64,000 nt of DNA from Candidatus Multivoradales bacterium. Its GTDB lineage: Bacteria > Acidobacteriota > Thermoanaerobaculia > Multivoradales > J023. Positions within the stretch are counted from its first letter, which is position 1; each line of letters starts with the position of its first letter. Under the pieces are notes generated by a model. The model did not search any database. It saw only the letters and a list, made by a program, of their open reading frames with translations, and was not told where the DNA came from. The DNA lies in contig CBDFLE010000005.1 of NCBI GenBank assembly GCA_965248925.1, positions 2,176,001-2,240,000 of the forward strand, in the 5' to 3' direction. Shown here in pieces: positions 17,437-29,400 of the stretch. The translations under genes were made by a program, and so were the position numbers.

Positions 17437-20400
17437 TTCCAATCCTCCGAAGTTGATGAGGTCAGCGGGTCGAAGCTGAGCAACTGCCGTAGTTTCAGAG
17501 CCAAGTCTGCCAATTGTGGTGGTCGCAGCATCGAGTGGTGGGTTCCTGCCACATCCCGCACTGTCAACCTAGCGGCCAAAGACCGCCAATTTGCTGCCGG
17601 ATCTGCCATTCGGCCTGGCCGATCGCTGGCCCTGAACAGGTTCACGGTACCAGAGTAGGGACCCGGTCTATAGCTTTCGAGAGCTTTGATGTTGCGCCGG
17701 AAGATAGAGAATAGGCGACCGCCGAGACGGGGGCCAATCTCTGCCGGTATCTGACCCGAGGCGACCAGACGGACGATCAACTCGGCAACTTTGACCTCAG
17801 TGATCGAACCGGTCGGCAGATCCAGGCCGTCGACATCGAGACTCTCACCAGCCAACCCCAACAGGTCGCTGACAAACAACCGCAACAAGGTAGCGTCGTC
17901 CACCAGCGGCCGGGAATCGGCAGAGGTCTCCACAAAGCTGTCCAGCAGAGCGAGGAACTCCACTTGCCGCCCTTGCTGTTGCAGCTGGCGAGCCATCTCG
18001 AAGGCCACCACTCCACCCATCGACCAACCTGCCAGTCGGTACGGGCCGCCAGGTTGCACTGTCTCGAGAGATGCCAGATAGGACGCCGCCATGGCTGACA
18101 CGCTGCTCGGCTGCGCTGCCACCACGCCTTCTACCACTCGCAAGCCGTAGCTCGGCTGCCCAGGGAGCGCCGCGGCCAGGTCGAGATAGCAAAACACGGT
18201 ACCGCCGATCGGGTGCACCCAGAAGATGGGCGGCCCGGTGCCGTCGCGATGCAAGCGCACCAATGGCGAACCACTGACCGGCTGCTCGGGCGCGGTCACC
18301 AACGTCGCTAGCAGAGCGACCGTGGGATGTTCGAACAGGGCCGCCAGTGGCACTTCCACGCCAAGCTCCCGGTCGATCATCGCCAACAGGCGCACCGCGA
18401 GCAATGAATGGCCACCGAGTTCGAAGAAGCTTTGCTCGACACCGACCGTCGGGATCTGCAACAGCTCTTCAAAGAGACCGACCAAACAGCGCTCGAGGGC
18501 GCTCCGTGGAGCGCCGTAAGTCGCGCTAGAGACCAGCTCCGGCTCGGGCAGCGCGGCACGGTCGAGCTTGCCGTTGGGGGTCAGTGGCAACTCTTCCAGC
18601 TGGGTCAATGCGGCAGGGACCATGAAATCCGGCAACCGAGCTGCCAGCCGATCCCGCAACTCGGCGATGGCCAGCCGCGAAGGGTCGGCGGATTGATCCG
18701 CGGCCGCTACCACGTAAGCGTAGATCCGTCGGCCGAGCACCTCGTGGTCGCGCACCACGGCGACCGCCTGCGAGACCTGCTCCGCCGCTTCCAACAGCGC
18801 CTCGATCTCCCCCAGCTCGATGCGGAAGCCACGGATCTTGACCTGATGATCGATCCGGCCAAGGAAGTCGAGCTCACCCTCCGCCCGGTAACGCACCAAG
18901 TCGCCAGTGCGATACATCCGCTCACCGGCTTGCCCGCCCTGGGGTACCGGCACAAAGCTCGCGGCGGTCAACGCCGGCCGGTGGAGATACCCCCTGGCCA
19001 GGCCCAGACCTTCGATACACAGCTCACCCGGCACTCCGACCGGCTGTCGTTCGAGCTGGCGATCGAGCACGCTCAGGTGGTAGTTGGCCAGCGGTCGGCC
19101 GATCGGGGGTAGACGGCCGGGCTCGAAGCGCACCTTCGCCCAGCTGGCGTTGATCGTCGCCTCGGTCGGACCGTAGAGGTTGAACAGCTGCCAGCCTCCT
19201 GGAATCGGCCCCGGCAAGCGCAGACGATCGCCACCAGCGAGCAGCATTCGTAGGCTTCCGGAATCAGGCCACGGATCATCGAGCAACACCTCCATGATCG
19301 CGGTCGGCAGATCTGCCACGGTGATGCGCTCGGCCAGCAACCACCGCTGCAAGTCAGCTGGCGACAGGCGCAGGGCTTCCGGAACGATGTGCAGACAGGC
19401 GCCATGGCACAGACTGCCCCAGATCTCTCCCGCCGCCACGTCGAAGGCCACCCCGGCAGCTTGCGCGATGTGCTCTCCCGGGGCAAAGCCGAGGTCTTCG
19501 CCGCACCATCCCACCAGGTTGGCGAGGCTGCGCAGAGTGACGCCTACTCCCTTGGGCACGCCGGTCGAGCCCGAGGTGTAGATCACATAGGCCAGATTCT
19601 CCGGCTCCCGACCGGCGATCGGCAAGCGATCACCGTCGCCACCGCCAGCGCCGGCGTCGGCGAGCGGCCAGGTGAGGACCGAGGCCGGCAAGCGCTCCGC
19701 CAAGTCCGGCGATGCCAGGACGATGCGGACCGGGCTATCCGCGAGGATGAAAGCCACTCGCTGGTCCGGAGTCGACGGATCGATCGGCAGATAGGCACCG
19801 CCGGCATAGAGCACCGCCAGCGCGCCCACCACCATCTCTCGCGACCGTTCGACGTAGAGCCCCACGACCTGTTCGAGATCGACCCCGGCGGTCTGCAGCC
19901 GGGTGGCCAAGGCGATGGCCCGGCGATGCAGCTCGGCATAGCTCAGCTGCCCCTGCTGATCCACTACCGCCACCGCGGCGGGGGTGCGCTCGGCCCAAGC
20001 CGCCACCCGTTGCTGGAGCGGTATCTCATCTTCGACCCGAACGACCGCGCTGCCATTCCACTCCTGCGCCAGCTGGTGCCTCTCCGCGGCGGCGAGCAAG
20101 GGCAGGCTGCCCGTAGCATTGTCCGGCTGCTCGGCGATGCACTCCGCCAACCGCTCAAAGTGGCTCAGGAAGCGGGCCGCGGTGGTCGGGTCAAACAGGC
20201 CGCGGTCATATTCGAGATCGCAGATCAGCTCCGGACCACGCTCCTCGACCTGTAAGGTCCAGTCGAATTTCGCCAGCCCATTGCTCAGCGGCACCGGCTG
20301 GGAGCTGAGCACAGCGTTAGAGCCGGCTTCTCCATCACCGACCGGGGGCTCGCCCGAGCCCCCCTCGGCAACATAGGTAAACATTGCCTGGAACAAAGGA

Positions 20401-23400
20401 GTCCGCCCCAGGGCACGCTCGGGTTGGAGTTCCTGAACCAGCATCTCGAAGGGCAGGTCCTGATGGTCGTGGGCCTCGAGAACCTGGTCGCGGACGCGCC
20501 CGAGGAGAGTCGCAAACGACTCCGAGGAACGCCACCGAGCACGCAGCACCAAGGTGTTGACAAAGAAGCCGATCAGTTCCTCGATCTCGCGCCGATGGCG
20601 ACCCGCGATCAGCGAGCCAACGCTGACATCCAGGCGCCCGCCATAGCGGCCGAGAAGGAGTTGAAAGGTGGCCAGGAGAACGATGAAGGGGGTTGAGCGA
20701 TAGCGCCGCGAGAGCTGGTGAATAGCACTCGACAGCGCCGCCGGCAGAACCCGGCGACGAGCGGCGGCCAACGACTGGTGCAAGCCCTGCCGGGGCCGGT
20801 CCACCGGCAGCTGCAGCTGCCTCGGCGCCCCGGCGAGGCGCTCTCGCCAATAGGCCAGCTCCGCCTCGAGCCGGCTGCCGGTAAGCCAATCGCGCTGCCA
20901 GGCGGCATAGTCCACGTATTGCACAGGCAGGGCTGGCAACCCCCGCGGCGAGCCATCCACGGCCTGCTGATAGAGCACCTCAAGCTCGCGCCGCAGAAGA
21001 TCCACTGACCAACCGTCGGAGACGATGTGATGCATGTTGACCAGCAGCTGATGACTCTCCGGTTCGAGGCGCAGAAGCAGCGCCCGGAAAACCGGCCCCG
21101 ACCCCAGGTCGAAAGGCAGCGCGGCCTCGAACCGAACCCGCCACTGCCCCTCCTGCTGGCGCTGCTCCGCTGCCAACCCACTGAGGTCGACCAGCGGCAA
21201 GACCGCGGCAGGATCTTCGGCAAGGCGTAGCTCGGGCTCACCGTCGATCTCCGGGAAGCGACTGCGCAGAACGTCATGGCGGCGCTGAACCTCGCGGTAG
21301 GCGAATGTCAGCCCGGCGACCGAGACCGGCCCCTCGAGCCGCACCGCAAAAGGCATGTTGTACGCCGCACTGCCGGGCTGGAGACGGTCCAGGAACCACA
21401 GTCGGCGTTGCGCGAAGGACAGCTCGGGAGTGCCGCCCAACCGCTCGATCGGGGCCAGGGAGGCAGCGTCCGCGGTTTGCGCGGCGAGCACCTCAGCGCT
21501 CAACCCGGCCAAGACCGGCTGCTCGAAAACCGCCCGGATCGGCAGCTCGACAGCAAAGCTCTGGCGGATCCGGACCACCAGCTGAGTGGCCAGCAGAGAG
21601 TGACCGCCGAGGGCGAAGAAATCGGCATCGCGACCGATCTCGTCGATGCCGAGCAGGCCTGACCAGAACTCCGCCATACGCATTTCTGGCAAGCTCCGGG
21701 GAGCACTGTAGCGCCCCACCTGCTGCTCCGGCTCGGGCAGCGCGGCACGGTCGAGCTTGCCGTTGGGGGTCAGTGGCAACTCTTCCAGCTGGGTCAATGC
21801 GGCAGGGACCATGAAATCCGGCAACCGAGCTGCCAGCCGATCTCGCAACTCGGCGATGGCCAGCCGCGAAGGGTCGGCGGATTGATCCGCGGCCGCTACC
21901 ACGTAAGCGTAGATCCGTCGGCCGAGCACCTCGTGGTCGCGCACCACGGCGACCGCCTGCGAGACCTGCTCCGCCGCTTCCAACAGCGCCTCGATCTCCC
22001 CCAGCTCGATGCGGAAGCCACGGATCTTGACCTGATGATCGATCCGGCCAAGGAAGTCGAGCTCACCCTCCGCCCGGTAACGCACCAAGTCGCCAGTGCG
22101 ATACATCCGCTCACCGGCTTGCCCGCCCTGGGGTACCGGCACAAAGCTCGCGGCGGTCAACGCCGGCCGGTGGAGATACCCCCTGGCCAGGCCCAGACCT
22201 TCGATACACAGCTCACCCGGCACTCCGACCGGCTGTCGTTCGAGCTGGCGATCGAGCACGCTCAGGTGGTAGTTGGCCAGCGGTCGGCCGATCGGGGGTA
22301 GACGGCCGGGCTCGAAGCGCACCTTCGCCCAGCTGGCGTTGATCGTCGCCTCGGTCGGACCGTAGAGGTTGAACAGCTGCCAGCCTCCTGGAATCGGCCC
22401 CGGCAAGCGCAGACGATCGCCACCAGCGAGCAGCATTCGTAGGCTTCCGGAATCAGGCCACGGATCATCGAGCAACACCTCCATGATCGCGGTCGGCAGA
22501 TCTGCCACGGTGATGCGCTCGGCCAGCAACCACCGCTGCAAGTCAGCTGGCGACAGGCGCAGGGCTTCCGGAACGATGTGCAGACAGGCGCCATGGCACA
22601 GACTGCCCCAGATCTCTCCCGCCGCCACGTCGAAGGCCACCCCGGCAGCTTGCGCGATGTGCTCTCCCGGGGCAAAGCCGAGGTCTTCGCCGCACCATCC
22701 CACCAGGTTGGCGAGGCTGCGCAGAGTGACGCCTACTCCCTTGGGCACGCCGGTCGAGCCCGAGGTGTAGATCACATAGGCCAGATTCTCCGGCTCCCGA
22801 CCGGCGATCGGCAAGCGATCACCGTCGCCACCGCCAGCGCCGGCGTCGGCGAGCGGCCAGGTGAGGACCGAGGCCGGCAAGCGCTCCGCCAAGTCCGGCG
22901 ATGCCAGGACGATGCGGACCGGGCTATCCGCGAGGATGAAAGCCACTCGCTGGTCCGGAGTCGACGGATCGATCGGCAGATAGGCACCGCCGGCATAGAG
23001 CACCGCCAGCGCGCCCACCACCATCTCTCGCGACCGTTCGACGTAGAGCCCCACGACCTGTTCGAGATCGACCCCGGCGGTCTGCAGCCGGGTGGCCAAG
23101 GCGATGGCCCGGCGATGCAGCTCGGCATAGCTCAGCTGCCCCTGCTGATCCACTACCGCCACCGCGGCGGGGGTGCGCTCGGCCCAAGCCGCCACCCGTT
23201 GCTGGAGCGGTATCTCATCTTCGACCCGAACGACCGCGCTGCCATTCCACTCCTGCGCCAGCTGGTGCCTCTCCGCGGCGGCGAGCAAGGGCAGGCTGCC
23301 CGTAGCATTGTCCGGCTGCTCGGCGATGCACTCCGCCAACCGCTCAAAGTGGCTCAGGAAGCGGGCCGCGGTGGTCGGGTCAAACAGGCCGCGGTCATAT

Positions 23401-26400
23401 TCGAGATCGCAGATCAGCTCCGGACCACGCTCCTCGACCTGTAAGGTCCAGTCGAATTTCGCCAGCCCATTGCTCAGCGGCACCGGCTGGGAGCTGAGCA
23501 CAGCGTTAGAGCCGGCTTCTCCATCACCGACCGGGGGCTCGCCCGAGCCCCCCTCGGCAACATAGGTAAACATTGCCTGGAACAAAGGAGTCCGCCCCAG
23601 GGCACGCTCGGGTTGGAGTTCCTGAACCAGCATCTCGAAGGGCAGGTCCTGATGGTCGTGGGCCTCGAGAACCTGGTCGCGGACGCGCCCGAGGAGAGTC
23701 GCAAACGACTCCGAGGAACGCCACCGAGCACGCAGCACCAAGGTGTTGACAAAGAAGCCGATCAGTTCCTCGATCTCGCGCCGATGGCGACCCGCGATCA
23801 GCGAGCCAACGCTGACATCCAGGCGCCCGCCATAGCGGCCGAGAAGGAGTTGAAAGGTGGCCAGGAGAACGATGAAGGGGGTTGAGCGATAGCGCCGCGA
23901 GAGCTGGTGAATAGCACTCGACAGCGCCGCCGGCAGAACCCGGCGACGAGCGGCGGCCAACGACTGGTGCAAGCCCTGCCGGGGCCGGTCCACCGGCAGC
24001 TGCAGCTGCCTCGGCGCCCCGGCGAGGCGCTCTCGCCAATAGGCCAGCTCCGCCTCGAGCCGGCTGCCGGTAAGCCAATCGCGCTGCCAGGCGGCATAGT
24101 CCACGTATTGCACAGGCAGGGCTGGCAACCCCCGCGGCGAGCCATCCACGGCCTGCTGATAGAGCACCTCAAGCTCGCGCCGCAGAAGATCCACTGACCA
24201 ACCGTCGGAGACGATGTGATGCATGTTGACCAGCAGCTGATGACTCTCCGGTTCGAGGCGCAGAAGCAGCGCCCGGAAAACCGGCCCCGACCCCAGGTCG
24301 AAAGGCAGCGCGGCCTCGAACCGAACCCGCCACTGCCCCTCCTGCTGGCGCTGCTCCGCTGCCAACCCACTGAGGTCGACCAGCGGCAAGACCGCGGCAG
24401 GATCTTCGGCAAGGCGTAGCTCGGGCTCACCGTCGATCTCCGGGAAGCGACTGCGCAGAACGTCATGGCGGCGCTGAACCTCGCGGTAGGCGAATGTCAG
24501 CCCGGCGACCGAGACCGGCCCCTCGAGCCGCACCGCAAAAGGCATGTTGTACGCCGCACTGCCGGGCTGGAGACGGTCCAGGAACCACAGTCGGCGTTGC
24601 GCGAAGGACAGCTCGGGAGTGCCGCCCAACCGCTCGATCGGGGCCAGGGAGGCAGCGTCCGCGGTTTGCGCGGCGAGCACCTCAGCGCTCAACCCGGCCA
24701 AGACCGGCTGCTCGAAAACCGCCCGGATCGGCAGCTCGACAGCAAAGCTCTGGCGGATCCGGACCACCAGCTGAGTGGCCAGCAGAGAGTGACCGCCGAG
24801 GGCGAAGAAATCGGCATCGCGACCGATCTCGTCGATGCCGAGCAGGCCTGACCAGAACTCCGCCATACGCATTTCTGGCAAGCTCCGGGGAGCACTGTAG
24901 CGCCCCACCTGCTGCTCCGGCTCGGGCAGCGCGGCACGGTCGAGCTTGCCGTTGGGCAGCAACGGCAGAGCTTCGAGTTGCATGAAAACCGCCGGCACCA
25001 TATAGCCTGGCAAGTGTTCCGTCGCGAATTGTCGCAGCCGGTCCCCGTCAACCGCTCCTTCTGTGGTCACCCAGGCAACTAGCTGGGCGCCGGTGGCGCC
25101 CTCACCGCGAACCGCCACCACCGCTTCGCGCACCTGCGGACTCTGCACTAGGCAGGCCTCGATATCACCCAACTCGATCCGATAGCCCCGCAGCTTGACC
25201 TGGCGATCGTCGCGACCGAGGAAGTCCAACCGGCCATCGGTGCGGCGGCGGGCCAAGTCGCCGGCGCGGTAAAGCCGCGCCCCTGGATGCTCAGAAAACG
25301 GGTCGGGCACAAAACACTCGGCGCTTAGGGCCGGCGCGCCAAAGTAGCCGCGAGTCACCCCATCTCCACCGATGTACAACTCGCCTTCGAGGCCGATGGC
25401 CTGGACTTCTAGGGTGCGATCGAGCACCCGCAAAGAAGTGTTGTCGATCGCCCGGCCGATCGACAGACTGCCCGCTACTTCAGCAATTCTCTCAATGCTC
25501 GACCAGACGGTGGTCTCGGTCGGTCCGTAGAGATTCCACAAACTACCCACCCGGGGCAATAGGCGTCGAGCCAAATCGGCAGACAGGGCCTCGCCTCCAC
25601 ACAGCGCCGACAGCCTCGGCGAGCCCTCCCAACCTGACTCCAGGAGCAACCGCCAAGTGGCCGGGGTGGCTTGCATGGTGGTCACGCCCCGACCCCGCAA
25701 TAACTCCTGCAAGCGAGCACCATCGGCTGCGTCGGCGCTCTCGACCAGCTCTACTTGGGCGCCGACCATCAAGGGCAGAAACAGCTCCAGCACGGCGATG
25801 TCGAACGACAGCGTGGTTACCGCCAGCAACGTGTCGCCGGCCGTCAAGCCTGGCCGACGGCGCATCGAAGTCAAGAAATTGAGCAGTGCACCATGGGAAA
25901 CTTGCACCCCTTTCGGCCGGCCAGTAGAACCGGAGGTGTAGATCACATAGGCCAAGCTCTGCGCCGCCTTGGGCGGCAGCATCACCGCGTCACTCGCCGC
26001 CCTGGGAATCGAGTCGTCGAGCAGCCAGTGGCGAATCTCGACCGCCGGAAGGCGCTCCACGCAAGCCCGTTCGGTGACTATCAAACTCGGCCGAGCGTTG
26101 GCGACCACCTGCGCCAGGCGGTGGGTCGGGAACCCAGGATCGAGGGGCACATAGGCCGCCCCGGTGTCGAGAATCGCCCACAGGGCCACCAACATGTCGA
26201 CCGAGCGCTCGACGCACAGGCCCACTCGCTGCTCGGGCCGGACACCCAACTCCAGCAGCTCGCCGGCCAGTCCCAAAGAGCGGGCCCGCAGCTCGCCATA
26301 GGTCAGCATCCGGCCGGCACAGCGTACCGCCACCGCCTCCGGGGTGCGCTCGGCTTGCGCGGCCAGCAGTTCCGGCAGCGAGGGAGCGTGCCTGCGATCG

Positions 26401-29400
26401 ACCGCCCGAGCAACCCACTCCACCACCAACTGGTGCCGCTCGGCGCGGGCCAGCAGGGGCAGTTCATCCAGCGAGCGCCGAGGATCGTCGAGAGCCCCCC
26501 CGAGGAAACGCTGGTAATAAGCCAGCCAACGCCGCGGGGTCACCGCATCGTACAGATCGGTGTTGTATTCCCAGCCATAGCTGACCTCGTTCGGCTGCTC
26601 GCTGAGGCCAAAGGTCAGATCGAATTTAGCGGTCGTCGAGCTGCTGCTGCTGGTTTGCACCGTTTGTTGGCCGGCGTCGCCACCTCCCTCGGTGGCGCCC
26701 GCTGTCGACTCGGCGGAGTAGAGCATCATCACCTGGAACAGCGGTGAATGCGCCAGGCTGCGCTCGGGTTGCAACTCCTCGACCAGCTTCTCGAACGGCA
26801 GGTCCTGGTGATCCTGAGCCCCCAGAACGCTTTCCCGCACCTGCCCGACCAGTGACTCGAAGCTCAGCCCAGGAGCCAACCTGGCCCGCACCACCAGGGT
26901 GTTGACGAACAGGCCGATCAACGGCTCGAGTTCTTCGCGGCGCCGCCCGGCAACCGGTAGACCAACACTCAGATCGCGCTGGCCACTCAAGCGGTAGAGC
27001 AACGCCAGCAACGAGGCCAAGCCCACCATCAGTCGGCTGGCGCCGTGCTGGCGGGCACAGCGAGCCAGCTCATCCGCAGCGCGGCGATCCATCACCTTGG
27101 CGATACCGGCACCACGAAAAGTCTGCACCGCCGGGCGCGGCCGATCGGTCGGCAACTCGATCTGCGCTGGTGCTCCGTCCAGGGCCCGGCGCCAATAGTC
27201 CAACTGCCGATCGAGAATCTCACCGTCCAACCAGCGCCGCTGCCAGATGGCGAAATCGCCGTAACTCACCGGCAGCTCGGCCAACGGCGATGGGCGACCG
27301 GCGGAAAAAGCTTGGTAGAGGTCGCCCAGCTCGCTCTCCAGAATGCCGATCGACCAGCCGTCGGCGACGATGTGGTGCAGGGTGACTAACAGTCGATGAC
27401 GATCTTCAGCCAAGCGGAGCAGGGTCCAGCGCGTCACCGGCCCGCGCTCCAGCTCGAACGGCCGGCGAGCCTCCGCCGCCGCCCATCGAGCAGCGGCTAG
27501 GGATCTGTCGCTGCCCGACAAGGCACTCAAATCGAGCTGCCCCAAGACCGCTTTAGGAAGCGCTTCGACAACCACCCGCGGCCGGCCCTCCGAGCTACCT
27601 GGGAAACGGCTGCGCAAGACTTCGTGACGGAGCAGTATCGCGGTGATCGCCCGCCCCAGGGCAGCCGGGTTGGCCGGCCCGTCGAGCAGTACCGAAAAGG
27701 GCATGTTGTAGGCCGCGCTGGCGGGCTCGAAACGGTGCAAGAACCACAGCCGCTCTTGAGCGAAGGAGGGCGGGATCTCCTCTCCCGCGGCAGCCGGCAG
27801 CAGCTCCGGCACGGCAGGTACCACGGGCCGCCCCACGGCGCCCGCCGCACCATCACACTGGGCGCGACGGATCGCCTCGGCCAGGCCGGCGACCGTCGGA
27901 TATTCGAATAGCAGCGCCAGAGGAAGCTCCTCGTTAAGCTCACGACGAATGCGGTTGAGCAGCCGCACTGCCACCAACGAATGGCCGCCGAGCTCAAAGA
28001 AATCCTGCAACACGCCGATCGGCCGCTGGTCGAGAACCTCCTCGAAAAGTGCCACCAAACGACCCTCGAGGGCGTCTCGGGGAGCGACGGAGTCCTCTCC
28101 GCCGATCATCTGCGGCTCTGGCAAGGCGCCGCGATCGAGCTTGCCGACCGCGGTCAGGGGCAGCGCATCGAGCCGGGTCAGGGCGGCCGGCACCATGTAG
28201 CTGGGCAGGCTTTCGAGCAAGCTTCGCCGCAGTCCCTCGACCGAGATCGACTCGCTCGCGACCGCGCTCGCCACCACGTAAGCCAAAACCTGCTTGCCCA
28301 AGGTGTCATGGTGGCGGACAACGACCACCGCCTCGGCGATTCCGGGCAGCGCGAGCAAGCGCGCTTCGATCTCCTCCAGCTCGATGCGGAAGCCACGAAC
28401 CTTGACTTGACGATCACTGCGACCGACGAACTCGAGATCACCGCTGGGCAAACGACGAACCAGGTCACCACTGCGGTACAAACGCTGGCCGGGGACATCG
28501 GCATGGGGATCGGGCACGAAACGAGCCGCGGTCAGCCCAGGCCGCTTCCAATAGCCTCGGGCCAGACCCACGCCGCCGATCAGCAGTTCACCCGCCACCC
28601 CCAAAGCAACCGGCTCCCGCGGATCGAGCACCCGCAGAGAGGTGGAGCTGATCGGCCGACCTATAGGCACCGTGCTCGTCGCTTGCTCGGCGACCCGGAG
28701 CACCGGATACCAGGAGGCGAAGGTGGTGCATTCAGTAGGACCGTAGACATGCAACAGGCGGAGCCGCTCAGCGCTCGCTCGCACCCTCCTCACCGCCCGC
28801 GGGTCGCAAGCCTCGCCGCCGAACAACAAGGTAGACAAGCCGGCGAAGGCCCGTGGTAGCTCACGGGCTACCAAATTGAAAACTGCCGTGGTCAAGAACA
28901 GATGTTCGACTCGGCGCCGCTCCAGAACCCCACCCAGCTGCTCGGCGGAGGCCAAGCTCCGCGGCTCGATTCCGACCACTTCACCGCCATTCAACAACGC
29001 TCCCCAAATCTCGAATGTCGCAGCATCGAAGGACGCCGTCGAAGCCTGGGCGAGGCGTTCGGCCGGCCCAACCTGGAGGTAATTGGAGTCCCGGACCAGA
29101 CGCAGAATCGCGGCGTGAGATATCGCCACCCCTTTCGGCCGTCCGGTCGAGCCGGAAGTGAAGATGATGTAGGCCAGATTCGCCGGCTCGACCTGGGCGG
29201 CCAGGGTTGCGCCTTGCTGTGCCTCGAGCCAGGGCCAATCGCGGTCCAGACAGATGACTTCGAGGTCGTCGCTCGGTAACCGCTGCAACAGCCGCTGCTC
29301 GGTGACCAACGCTGCCACCCCGGTGTCTTGCAGCATGAAACGCAGGCGCTCCTCGGGATAGGTCGGGTCGAGGGGTACGTAGAGGCCGCCGGCCTTGAGA

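Noticed and set aside
18536-24956. Mobile element or CRISPR explanation for the long repeat
   Set aside because: The unit is an in-frame NRPS T-C-A segment with no transposase, terminal repeats or repeat-spacer structure.
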